DNA from: the human T2T-CHM13v2.0 reference genome, Homo sapiens
Direction: 5' to 3' (one strand)
Assembly: GCF_009914755.1 (NCBI RefSeq)
Contig: NC_060926.1
Length of the DNA stretch: 64,000 bases
The notes under the pieces are model-generated. The model was not told the origin of the DNA and did not search any database. It saw only the letters and a program-made list of their open reading frames with translations. Below, piece by piece: positions 1-11,211 of this stretch. Position numbers and translations under genes: made by a program. Every line of letters begins with the position of its first letter. The stretch's first letter is position 1.

Positions 1-384
1 TAAGGACTTGCTTTATGAATCTGGGTGCTCCTGTATTGGGTGCATGCATATTTAGGATAGTTCTTCTTGTTGCATTGATCTCTTTACCATTATGTAATGG
101 TGTTCTTTGTCTCTTTTGATCTTTGTTGGTTTAAAGTCTGTTTTATCAGAGACTAAGATTGCAACCCCTGCCTTTTTTTGTTTTCCATTTGCTTGGTAGA
201 TCTTCCTCCATCCCTTTATTTTGAGCCTATGTGTATCTCTGCACGTGAGATGAGTCTCCTGAATACAGCACACTGATGGGTCTTGACTCTTTATCCAATT
301 TGCCAGTCTGTGTCTTTTAATTGGAGCATTTAGCCCATTTACATTTAAAGTTAATATTGTTGTGTGTGAATTTGATCCTGTCAT
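1..384 (-). pseudogene. L1 ORF2p endonuclease N-terminus, frameshifted near 60
   Basis: MTGSNSHTTILTLNVNGLNAPIKRHRLANWIKSQDPSVCCIQETHL; open frame ends after 110 aa. Confidence 0.95.
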
Positions 385-447
385 TATGATATTAGCTGGT
401 TATTTTGCTCGTTAGTAGATGCAGTTTCTTCCTAGCACTGATGGTCT

Positions 448-1461
448 TTACAATTTGGCATGTTTTTGCAGTGGCTGGTACCAGTTGTTCCTTTCCGTGT
501 TTAGTTCTTCCTTCAGGAACTTTTGTAGGGCAGGCCTGGTGGTGAAAAAATCTCTCAGCATTTGCTTGTGTGTAAAGGATTTTATTTCTCCTTCACTTAT
601 GAAGCTTAGTTTGGCTGGATATGAAATTCTGGGTTGAAAATTCTTTTCTTTAAGAATGTTGAATATTGGCCCCCACTCTCTTCTGGCTTGTAGAGTTTCT
701 GCTGAGAGATCCCCTGTTAGTCTGATGGGCTTCCCTTTGCGGGTAACCCGACCTTTCTCTCTGGCTGCCCTTAACGTTTTTTCCTTCATTTCAACTTTGG
801 TGAATCTGACAATTATGTGTCTTGGAGTTGCTCTTCTCGAGGAGTATCTTTGTGGCGTTCTCTGTATTTCCTGAATTTGAATGTTGGCCTGCCTTACTAG
901 GTTGGGGAAGTTCTCCTGGATGATATCCTGCAGAGTGTTTTCCAACTTGGTTCCATCCTCCCCATCACTTTCAGGTACACCAATCAGGTGTAGATTTGGT
1001 CTTTTCACATAGTCCCATATATCTTGGAAGCTTTGTTCATTTCTTTTTACTCTTTTTTTTCTCTAGACTTCTCTTCTCGCTTCATTTCACTCATTTGATC
1101 TTCAGTCACTGATACCCTTTCTTCCAGTTGATCGAATCGGCTACTGAAGCTTGTGCATTCGTCAAGTAGTTCTCGTGCCATGGTTTTCAGCTCCATCAGG
1201 TCATTTAAGGACTTCTGTACACTGGTTATTCTAGTTAGCCATTCGTCTAATCTTTTTTCAAGGTTTTTAGCTTCTTTGTGTTGGGTTCAGACTTCCTCCT
1301 TTAGCTCAGAGAAGTTTGATCGTCTGAAGCCCTCTTCTCTCAACTAGTCAGTCATTCTCCGTCCAGCTTTGTTCCATTGCTGGTGAGAAGCGGCGTTCCT
1401 TGGAGGGGGAGAGGTGCTCTGATTTTTAGAATTTCAGCTTCCTGCTCTGTTTTTTCCCCAT
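448..1461 (-). pseudogene. L1 ORF1p, frameshifted
   Basis: ATGGGGAAAAAACAGAGC at 1461. C-terminal 186 aa open (..RATPRHIIVRFTKVEMKEK..YPAKLSF..KHAKL); N-terminal part is not in the same open frame. Confidence 0.93.
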
Positions 1462-2035
1462 CTTTGTGGTTTTATCTACCTTTGGTTTTTGATGATGGTG
1501 ACGTACAGATGGGGTTTTGGTGTGGATGTCCTTTCTGTTTGTTAGTTTTCCTTCTAACAGTCAGGATCCTCCACTGCAGGCCTGTTGGAGTATGCTGGAG
1601 GTCCACTCCAGACCCTGTTTGCCTGAGTATCGGCAGCAGAGGCTGCAGAACAGCGAATATTGCTGAACAGCAAATGTTGCTGCCTGATCATTCCTCTGAA
1701 AGCTTCGTCTCAGGGGGGTACCAGCCATGTGAGGTGTTAGTCTGCCCCTACTGGGGGGTGCCTCCCAATTAGGCTCTTCAGGGGTCAGGGACCCACTTGA
1801 GGAGGCAGTCTGACCATTCTCAGATCTCCAGCTGCGTGCTGGGAGAACCACTACTCTCTTCAAAGCTGTCAGACAGGGACATTTAAGTCTGCAGAGGTTT
1901 CTGCTGCCTTTTGTTTGGCCATCTCCTGCCCCCTGAGGTGGAGTCTACAGAGGCAGGCAGGCCTCCTTGAGCTGCGGTGGGTTCCACCCAGTTCGAGCTT
2001 CCTGGCTGCTTTGTTTACCTACTCAAGCCTCAGCA

Positions 2036-2107
2036 ATGGCGGGCGCCCCTCCCCCAGCCTCGCTGCTGCCTTGCAGTTCAATTTCAGTCTGCTGTGCTAG
2101 CAATTAG
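2036..2107 (+). pseudogene. L1 ORF0 (antisense ORF), truncated by TAG after 23 codons
   Basis: ATG at 2036 gives MAGAPPPASLLPCSSISVCCASN* (TAG 2105-2107); the same frame resumes ..SEPGAEYNLLVCRLLRLLEKRSIRVGVTQFSRC. Confidence 0.8.
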
Positions 2108-2574
2108 TGAGGCTCTGTGGGCTTCGGACACTCTGAGCCAGGTGCGGAATATAATCTCCTGGTGTGCCGTTTACTAAGATTGTTGGAAAAGCGCAGTATT
2201 AGGGTGGGAGTGACCCAATTTTCCCGGTGCCGTCTGTCACAGCTTCCCTTGGCTAGGAAAGGGAATTCCCTGACCCTTTGTGCTTCCTGGGTGAGGCGAT
2301 GCCTTGCCCTGCTTTGGCTCACACTCGGTGGGCTGCACCCACTGTCCTGCACCCACTGTCCAACAAGCCCCAGTGAGATGAAGCTGCTACCCCAGTTGGA
2401 AATGCAGAAATCACCCGTCCTCTGCATCGCTCACGCTGGGAGCTGTAGACTGAAGCTGTTCCTATTTGGCCATCTTGGAACTGCCCCCAACCATTTGGTT
2501 TTCTTCCTTGATAAATTGCTTTTTATCCCACATTAGTATTTCATCTTCAAAAGTAGACTGAAAGGCTAGTACAA

Positions 2575-2690
2575 ATTTGTTCATTTAATTAGCAAATAGT
2601 TCCTGAGTGCCTTCTATATGTCAGTCACTGTGCTGAATATATAATGTAAGTAACATAGCCACTCTCCTTGCCCTAATAGAGCTTACAAAG
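2575..2690 (-). mobile_element. L2 3'-end remnant
   Basis: TCATTTAATTAGCAAATAGTTCCTGAGTGCCTTCTATATGTCAGTCACTGTGCT resembles the L2 3' terminus; further L2-like sequence at ~2910-3130. Confidence 0.6.
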
Positions 2691-2752
2691 TGAGTTACTT
2701 TTTTTCTTTTTCATCTTATGGTGTTGAAATATAATTGAATATTTTCCTTTAG

Positions 2753-2906
2753 ACAAACTCAGTTTGATAACCATCACTTTCATTCAAATATCTACTTTTG
2801 GCTCCAGGCATCCAGTAGGGTTTCCTAGAATAAAGTCACCTCAGACTGATATTACAATTTCAAATATTGAATGCTGTTCTTGAAAATGATGTTTTTCTAA
2901 AAAATG
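2753..2906 (+). pseudogene. Fossil exon of putative multi-RGS gene (RGS helix 4 motif)
   Basis: Acceptor ATTTTCCTTTAG|; reads QTQFDNHHFHSNIYFWLQASSRVS* (NIYFWLQA at 2787-2810, cf. RGS ENIEFWLAC). Donor weak, 3' end approximate. Confidence 0.6.
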
Positions 2907-3178
2907 GTGTCTGATATGCCTATTAGGCACCCAAAGAGATAAGCAGTTGACCACTCAGGTCTGGATTTAGAAGATAAATTTAATTTAATTTTGGTAGTCA
3001 CATGTTTCTAAATGATATTTAAAACTATAAAACAAGATGTAACTGCTGGAGTGGTGGAGGTAGAGAATAAAAGAGGTCTTGGACTGAATCTTGGGGTACT
3101 TGAACATTTTGAAGTTGTGGAGATATTAAAAAAGAGAGTTGACAAGCTAAGGGTTATGGAAACACATACACATATTTA

Positions 3179-3463
3179 CAAAGTCCTTGACTTACAATGA
3201 TTTGAATTACAAATTTTCAACTTTTGCCATAACAGTACACATTCAGTAGAAACCATACTGCTAGTCTTCATACAACCATTCTGTTTTTCACTTTCAGTAC
3301 AATATTCAATAAATTACATAAGCTGTTCAACACTTTATTATAAAATAGGTTTTGTGTTAGAAGATTTTGCCTAATCATAGCCTGATTTAAGTGTTCTGAT
3401 CATGTTTAAGGTGGGCTAGGCTAAGCTATCCTATTTGATAGGTTAAGCATATTAAATGCATTT
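3179..3463 (-). mobile_element. MER47A (TcMar-Tigger MITE), part 1
   Basis: CATTCAGTAGAAACCATACT..CATACAACCATTCTGTTTTTCACTTTCAGTAC..AAGGTGGGCTAGGCTAAGCTAT matches MER47A; remainder is at 10706-10784. Confidence 0.8.
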
Positions 3464-3701
3464 AAAAAATACACTCAGAGGTACATGTGCTGGTTTGTTA
3501 CATGGGTGTATGGTGTAATGCTTGGGGTTTGGGCTTCTAGTGAACCCATCATCCAAATAGTGAACATAATACCCATTAGGTAGTTTTTCAGCCTTTACCC
3601 CATCTCTTCTTCCCTCCTTTTGGAGTCCCCTGTTTTTATTATTTCCATCTTTATGTTCCTGTGTACACATTGTTTAGCTCCCACTTATAAGTGAAAATTT
3701 G

Positions 3702-3997
3702 GGCTGGGCATGGTGGCTCATGCCTGTAATCACAACAGTTTGGGAGGCTGAGGCGGGCAGATCACTTGAGGTCAGGAGTTCAAGACCAGCCTGGCCAACA
3801 TGGTGAAACCCCATCTCTACTAAAAATACAAAAACTAACTGGGCATGGTGGTGCATGCTTGTAGTCCCAGCTACTCGGAAGGCTGAGGCATGAGAATTGA
3901 ACCTTGGAGGCGAAGTTTGCAGTGAGCTGAGATTGCACCACTGCACTCCAGCCTGGGCAACAGAGTGAGACCCCATTTCAAAAACAAAATTAAAAAA
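3702..3997 (+). mobile_element. AluS
   Basis: Dimeric Alu, A-rich tail, TSD-like ATAAGTGAAAA on both sides. Confidence 0.95.
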
Positions 3998-5701
3998 TAA
4001 GTGAAAACATGGTATTTGATTTTCTGTTTCTGCATTAATTCACTTAGGATAATGGCCTTCAACTACATCCATGTTGCTGCAAAGGATATGATTTCATTCT
4101 TTTTTATGGCTATGTGGTATTCCATGGTGTAGGATTTCCATACACCAATAGCATCCAAGCTGAGAACGAAATAAATAACTCAATCTCACTTATACTAGCC
4201 AAAAAAAATTACCTTGTAATTAACTACCTGGTAAAAAGTTACCTGGTAATTACCAGGTAATTAAATGTATACCAAACACTGATGAAAGAAATCATAGATG
4301 ACACAAATAGAAAAACATTCAATGCTTATAGTTGAAAGAATCAATATCATTAAAATGACCATACCACCCAAAGCAATCTATAGATTCAATGTCATTCCTA
4401 TAAAATTACCAAAGTCATTTTTCACAGAAGTAAAAAAAAAAAATTCTAAAACCCATGTGAAACCAAAAAAGAGCTCAAATAGCCAAAGCAAATCTAAGCA
4501 AAAAGAACAAAGCTGGAGGCATCATATTACCTAACTTCAATCTATACTACAAGGCTATAGTAACCAAAACAACATGGTACTGGCACAAAAATAGATGCAT
4601 GTATTAATGAAACAGAAGAGAACCCAGAAATAAAGCCCACACCTACAACCAACTGATCTTAAACAAAGTCAACAAAAATATACAATGGGGAAAGAACACC
4701 CTATTCAATAAATGGTGCTGGGAAAACTAGCCAGGCATATGCAGAAGTATGAAACTTGATTCCTACCTCTCATCATATACAATAATTAACTCAAGATGGA
4801 TTAAAAACTTAAATATAAGACCTCAAACTATAAATGTCCTAAAAGAAAAAGTAGGAAAAACTCTTCTGGACATTGGCCTAGACAAAAAAATTATGACTAA
4901 AATCTTAAAAGCAAATTCAACAGAAACCAAAATAGATACATGAGACTTAATTAAACTAAGGCATCTCTGTATAGCAGAATCAACAGAGTAAACAGACAAC
5001 CTACAGAATGGGAGAAAATATTTGCAAACTATACACTTGACATAGGAGTAATACTTAGAATCTATAAGAAACTTAAACAAATCAACAAGAAAAAACTAAT
5101 AACCCCTTCAAAAGTGAGCCAAGGACATGAACAGACACTTCTCAAAAGAAGACATAAAAGCAGCCAATAAACATGAAAAAATGCTCCACATCACTAACCA
5201 TCAGAGAAACACAAATTAAAAGTATGATGAGATACCATCTTCTACCAGTCAGAAAAGCTACTATTAAAAAGGCAAAAAATAACAGATTTGGCAAGTATGC
5301 AGTGAAAAGGGAACACTTATACACTGCTGGTAGGAATGTAAAGTAGTTCAACTGTATGGCAAATAGTATGGAGATTTCTCAAAGAGCTTAGAACTATCAT
5401 TCAACCCAGCAATCTCACTAGGGGGCACCTACCCAAAGAAAAGGACATCATTTTATCAAAAAGACACCTGCACTTGTCTGTTTATCACAGCATTATTTAT
5501 AATAGCAGTCATGGAATCAACCTAAGTGTCCATTAATTGTAGACTGGATTTTTAAAATGTGGTACATATACACCATGGAATACCACACAGCCATAAAAAA
5601 GAATGAAATCATATCCTTTGCAGCAACATGGATGTAAATGAAGGCCATTATCCTAAGTGAATTAATGCAGAAACAGAAAATCAAATCCATGTTTTCACTC
5701 A

Positions 5702-5997
5702 TTTTTTAGTTTTGTTTTTGAAATGGGGTCTCACTCTGTTGCCCAGGCTGGAGTGCAGTGGTGCAATCTCAGCTCACTGCAACCTTCGCCTCCAAGGTTC
5801 AATTCTCATGCCTCAGCCTTCCGAGTAGCTGGGACTACAAGCATGCACCACCATGCCCAGTTAGTTTTTGTATTTTTAGTAGAGATGGGGTCTCACCATG
5901 TTGGCCAGGCTGGTCTTGAACTCCTGACCTCAAGTGAGCTGCCCGCCTCAGCCTCCTAAAGTGTTGTGATTACAGGCATGAGCCACCATGCCCAGCC
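5702..5997 (-). mobile_element. AluS (duplicate of 3702-3997, not an independent insertion)
   Basis: Shares the AATCACAAC variant and the GAGAATTGAACC deletion with the 3702 copy, plus the same L1 flanks. Confidence 0.95.
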
Positions 5998-8900
5998 CAA
6001 ATTTTCACTTATAAGTGAGAGCTAAACAATGTGTACACATTTTGTACGTTGATTTTGTATCCTGAAACTTTACTGAATCCATTTATAAGTTCCAGGGTCT
6101 TCTGGAAATCTCTTGATTTCTGCCTTAATTTAATTGTTTACCCAAAATTTATTCAGGTGCAAGCTGTTTAGTTTCCATGTATTTTTGTGGTTTTGAGAGT
6201 TCTTCTTGGTATTGATTTCTAATTTTATTTTATTATGGTTCAAGAAGATGCTTGATATGATTTGGATATTTTTGAATTTATTGAGACTTCCTTTATGACA
6301 GAGCATGTGGTCAAGTTTAGACAATGTTTCATGAGCAGATGAGAAAAATGTATACGCTGTGGTTTTGGAATAGAGTATTCTGTAGATGTTTGTTAGGTCC
6401 ATTTGATCAAGAGTCCAATTTAAGTCCAGAGTTAGTTTTCTGCTTCAGTGAACTGTCTAATGCTGTCAATGGGGTTGTTGAAGTCCCCCACTTATTAATG
6501 TATGGCTCTCTCTTAGGTCTAGCAGTATTTGTTTTTTAAACCTGGATGCTCCAATGTTGGGTGTATATTTATTCAGCAGAGTTAAATCTTCTTGTTCAAT
6601 TGAACCCTTTAATGTTACATAATACCCTTCTTTGTCTTTTTTTTTTTTTTTTGCTGTTGTTGGTTTGAAGTCTGTTTTATTTGGTATAAGACTAGCCACC
6701 CCCACTTATTTATATGACAGATCTTTCTCCATCCTTTACTTTGAGCCTGTGGGTGTCATTACATGTGAGATGGATCTCTTGAAGATAGCAGAAGTTTGGG
6801 TCTTGTATTTTAATCCAATTAAGTACTTGTGTCTTCTGAATGGAACATTTAGGCTGTTAATGTTCAAGGTTAATATTTACATGTGAGGTTTTGTTCCTGT
6901 CATAGTGTTGTTTGCTAGTTGCTTTGTGGTCACAATTGTGTAATTGCTATATGGGATCTGTGCATTTTGCACTTATGTGTGCTTTTATGGTAGCACATAT
7001 CATTCTTTCATTTCCATGGTTAGAACTATTTTTAGCATTTCTTGTAGTTTCAGCCTGATGAATTCCATTAGTGTTTGCTTGTCTGAGAAAGACTTTATTT
7101 CCTCTAGAATATGTTTATGAAGCTTAGTTTGGCAGGATATGAAATTTTGGGCTGGCTTTTTTTATTCTTTAAGAAGGCTAAAGATAGCCCCCAATCTCAT
7201 CTGGTTTGTAAGGTTTCTGCTGAGAAGTCTACTGTTAGTCTGACAAGATTTCCTTTATAGGTAATTTGGCTCTTTTCCTTAGCTGCCTCTAAGATTTTCT
7301 TCTTTCACATTGACCTTGGATACTCTGATAACTACATCTCTTGGGGATGGTCATCTTGCATGGCATCTTGCAGGTGTGCTTTAAATTTCTTAAATCTGGG
7401 TGTTGAACTGTCTACCCAAGATTAGGGAAATTTTCCTGAATTATTCCCTAAAATATATTTTTGAAGTTGTTTTCTAGCTTTTTCTTTTCTCTCAGGAATG
7501 CTATTACATTATAGGTTTGGTCACTTTACATAATCTCATGTTTCTTGGAGGTTTTGTTCATTTTTTAAAAATTATTTTTCCTTTATTTTAGTGTGGGTTA
7601 ATTCAAAAGATTAATCTTCAAGCTCTGAAATTCTTTCTCTGATTTAGTCTATTGTTAAAGTTTTCAACTGTATTTTGAAATTCTATTAGTGAATTTTTCA
7701 ATTCCAGAAGTTTTCTTTGTTTTTTTCTTAATATTATTCTCTTGTCTTTCATATCCTGAATCATTTTTCTGGTTGGTTTGTATTGGATTTAAACTCTCTT
7801 GGATCCTGTTGAGTTTCTTTGCAATCCATATTTTGAATTCTTTATCTGTCATTTCAAACTTTTCAATCTGGTTAGCATCCATCGCTAGAGCTAGTGTGAT
7901 CCTTTGGAGGTGTCAAGACACTTTGACTTTTTGTACTGCCAGAGTTCTTGTGTTGATTCCTCCTCATTCAAGGTTACTGTTACTTCTTATTTTTGAATTT
8001 GCTGTTGTTTGGATGGAACCTTAACTTTTTTTTTTTTTTTACATTTTTTAATCCTTTTTTCCCTTGAGCATATGACTGTAGTTTATGTTGTATATGATCA
8101 TTCAGATTCATTCCTTATTGCTTTTAGGGGGCCAAGGCTCTGTAGGGGCTCTTTGGTTCTGGGTAGTATCTGTGTGATGGCTTTCTCAGATGCTGCTTGT
8201 TGTAGTGGTGTACTGGACATATGAGCCAACGTACTGTTGCCTAAAAGGCTGACAGTGTGGAGGTCTCAGGAAGATTATGGACTAGCATTAAGCGCCTCTG
8301 ATAGCAGGTTTTTTGTTTAGTGGTGCAGTTCAGCCTGTAATCCAGTAGATGGCACTGAAGAGTAAGAGATAGCTTACCCTGGGTTAGGCTAATGTTGAGT
8401 GGAAGCACCCACCCTGATTGGGGCTGACGGGTGGAAAGATATCATGTTGGGGTGCATTGAGGTCTTAGGATAAGGGGTGAGGGTGCACAGTTCCTCATCC
8501 TGAGCCAGCAGGAACCTAATCTGCTTCCTTATTATGCTCCTGTTGCAGGGCTCACAACCTTCGGTACATAAAGATTTTGTTCTTTGGATCCTGGCCACAG
8601 TGTTGCTGCATGCTACAGATGCACCCTCTGAGGGCTACCATCAAAATGGGCTTGTGGCAGCGCCTCTTTTCCCACTCCAGAGCAGGCAACTCTTTGACTT
8701 GTCTTGCCTCTATTACCAGGATGCTGCCATTCTATGTAGGGAGGGTGAGTTGGGCCCTACCATTTGTGGAAGCCTAAGCTACCAGGGCTCACTTTCAGCA
8801 GGGGTAGAGCTGGCATGAAAAGCATGAAAACACTTTCTCCACGTGCATGCATGCTGGTCTTTAGTGAGAAGAACAACTGCTGTATCTGCAACAATATGCA

Positions 8901-9131
8901 AGGAAACGCAGTAAATAACCCCTTCCCCACATCTGTTCCCAGGCATAGGTGCTGCCCACTTCAATGATTGGTGCTGCACTTGCATTTCCTTTGTCCCAAG
9001 GGAGCTGTGCTCCACCGTCTTTTATGGGTGGCCCATCCTGAGGGTTAGATCTCACAGGGTTCTGCAACTTCCTGGGAACCCATTGGTCCCTTGTGCTTGC
9101 AGAAGTCAGAGTGACTTGAGTATGTTTTTGG

Positions 9132-10201
9132 TTTTGGGGGAACTGCCCCGAAAATCATGTAGGTTCTTTTCTATTTTCCTAAGCGTTGGCAGGCTTGTGA
9201 AATAAAGGGACAGAGTACAAAAGAGAGAAATTTTAAAGCTGGGCATCCAGGGGAGACTTCACACATTGGTAGGATCCGTGATGCCCCACAAGCCACAAAA
9301 ACCAGCAAGTTTTTTTTAGGAATTTTCAAAAGGGGAGGGAGTGTGTGAATAGGTGTGGGTGACAGACATCAAGTACTTAATAGGGTAATAGAATATCACA
9401 AGGCAAGTGGAGGCAGGACGAGATCACAGGACCACAGGACGGAGGCAAAATTAAAATTGCTAATGAAGTTTCAGGTACCATTGTCATTGATAACATCTTA
9501 TCAGGAGACAGGGTTTTGAGATCAACCTGTCTGACCAAAATTTATTAGGCAAGAATTTCCTCTTCCTAATAAGCCTGGGAGCACTATGGGAGACTGGAGT
9601 CTATCTCACCTCTGCAATCTCGACCATAAGACACAGGTACACCCTGGGGGGGCCAGTTCAGAGACCTACCCCTAGGTGCGCATTCTCTTTCTCAGGGACG
9701 TTCCATGCCGAGAAAAAGAATTCAGCAATATTTCTCCCATTTGCTTTTGAAAGAAGAGAAATATGGCTCTGTTCTGCCCAGCTCACCGGTGGTCAGATTT
9801 TAAGGTTATCTCTCTTATTCCCTGAACAATTGCTGTTATCCTGTTCTTTTTTCAAGGTGCTCAGATTTCATAATGCACAAACACACATGCTGTACAATTT
9901 GTGCAGTTAATGCAATTATCACACAGTCCTGAGGCGACATACATCCTCCTCGGCTGACAGGATTAAGAGATTAAAGTAAAGACAGGCATAGGAAATCACA
10001 AGGGTATTGATTGGGGAAGTGATAAGTGTCCATGAAATCTTCACAACTTATGTTTAGAGATTGCAGTAAAGACAGGCATAAGAAATTACAAAAGTATTAA
10101 TTTGGGGAACTAATAAATGTACATAAAATCTTCACAATCCACGTTCTTCTGTCATGGCTTCAGCCGGTCCCTCTGTTTGGGGTCCCTGACTTCCTGCAAC
10201 A
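9132..10201 (-). mobile_element. MER11C-like solo LTR (HERV-K11/HML8)
   Basis: Minus strand starts TGTTGCAGGAAGTCAGGGACCCCAAACAGAGGGACCGGCTGAAGCC; 1070 bp; 6-bp TSD TTTTGG (9126-9131/10202-10207). Confidence 0.9.
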
Positions 10202-10705
10202 TTTTGGGGGATCTAGTGGTGCGATGACGCAAAGGCAGAGAATCTCCAGGAAGGGCAGAGGCCCACCAAGAGTACACAAGCAGAGTGGCACCCACCATCT
10301 CAGTTCAGCTCTGAGAGGAGTGCAGACACACCTATGCAAGCTGGCCACTCTCTGTCCTTGGGAAAATCTCAAATTGCCACTGATAATGTTGTCCTGGGTC
10401 ATGAAGGCAGAGGACCTCCCCAACAGTTTGGCAGTTTGGCAGATTGTCAACAAAGTAAAAGGAGCAGAGCATCAGTCCAATCCACCCTTTCTGTAGGGCT
10501 CCAAGTTCTTTGGGGTCAATCTCTTCCAGACTCACTGCTTTTCTTTTCTGCATCCCAACTTCTTACTGTGGGCACTCCAACAGATCCTGGTTCTGTTCCC
10601 TCAGTTTTCCATACAGAGCTTGTCCATTCACTTGTATGTTTGAGCTTTTTTTTCTGAGGAGAACTGGCATTTGATTTCCTTAGTAGCCATCATTTTCCAT
10701 CTTCT

Positions 10706-10784
10706 TGCATTTTCAACTTACGATATTTTCAACTTATGATGGGTTTATTGGCACATAACCTCCTCATAAGTTGGCAAGCATCTA
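10706..10784 (-). mobile_element. MER47A, part 2
   Basis: TGCATTTTCAACTTACGATATTTTCAACTTATGATGGGTTTATTG continues part 1 in register. Confidence 0.8.
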
Positions 10785-10789
10785 CATAT

Positions 10790-11211
10790 CTTTCTTCAGC
10801 TGGCTGCAGAAGAAGAGTCAGAGAGACACTCTCTGGATAGTCGGGAATGCATATGTCCGTTGCTTTGAACTGCCTGTGAAGGCCATGTGGAAAGAACCTG
10901 AGAGTGGCCTCTAAGAGCTGAGAATGGCCTCTGGATGATAGCTAACAGGGAAAGGGGAACCTTAGTCATATATCCCAAGGAACACAATTCTGCCAACAAA
11001 AAGAATGAGCTTGGAAGCAGATTCTTCCCCAGAACTTCCCTGATAAGAACTCAGTCCAGCTGACAGCTTGAGTTCAGATTTGTAATATTCTGAGCATACC
11101 CCTCTGTGCTGTACCAAATTTCTGATCTACCGACTGTAAGCTAATGAATGGGTGTTTTTTAAGCTGCTAAGCTTGTGGTAATTTGTTATACAACAATAGA
11201 AAATGAATATA
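10790..11211 (+). mobile_element. MLT1 (MLT1E-like) LTR
   Basis: AATTCTGCCAACAAAAAGAATGAGCTTGGAAGCAGATTCTTCCCCAG and terminus GTGGTAATTTGTTATACAACAATAGAAAATGAATATA. Confidence 0.75.

Larger units (their letters stand above)
1..2488 (-). mobile_element. L1PA4-6-like LINE-1, 5' part (5'UTR, ORF1, start of ORF2); continues beyond window start
   Basis: Minus strand starts GGGGGCAGTTCCAAGATGGCCAAATAGGAACAGC (L1 5' end with YY1 core). The 5'UTR is ~1027 bp, longer than L1HS (~0.9 kb), consistent with older L1PA retaining the 129-bp segment. ORF1 and ORF2 peptides appear in the ORF track. Confidence 0.95.
3660..6039. repeat. Inverted duplication (3660-4131 vs 5569-6039) flanking an inverted 1.44-kb L1 segment
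   Basis: Hand alignment shows ~12 differences in ~471 bp. Both copies carry the same Alu with the same private mutations. Confidence 0.95.
3464..10705 (-). mobile_element. Rearranged 5'-intact L1PA16/17-like LINE-1 inserted in MER47A
   Basis: 3'UTR at 3470-3700; ORF2 3' part inverted at 4132-5568; ~1.3-kb ORF2 deletion near 6110; EN/ORF1/5'UTR run to ~10700; TGCATTT on both flanks (TSD-like). Confidence 0.8.
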
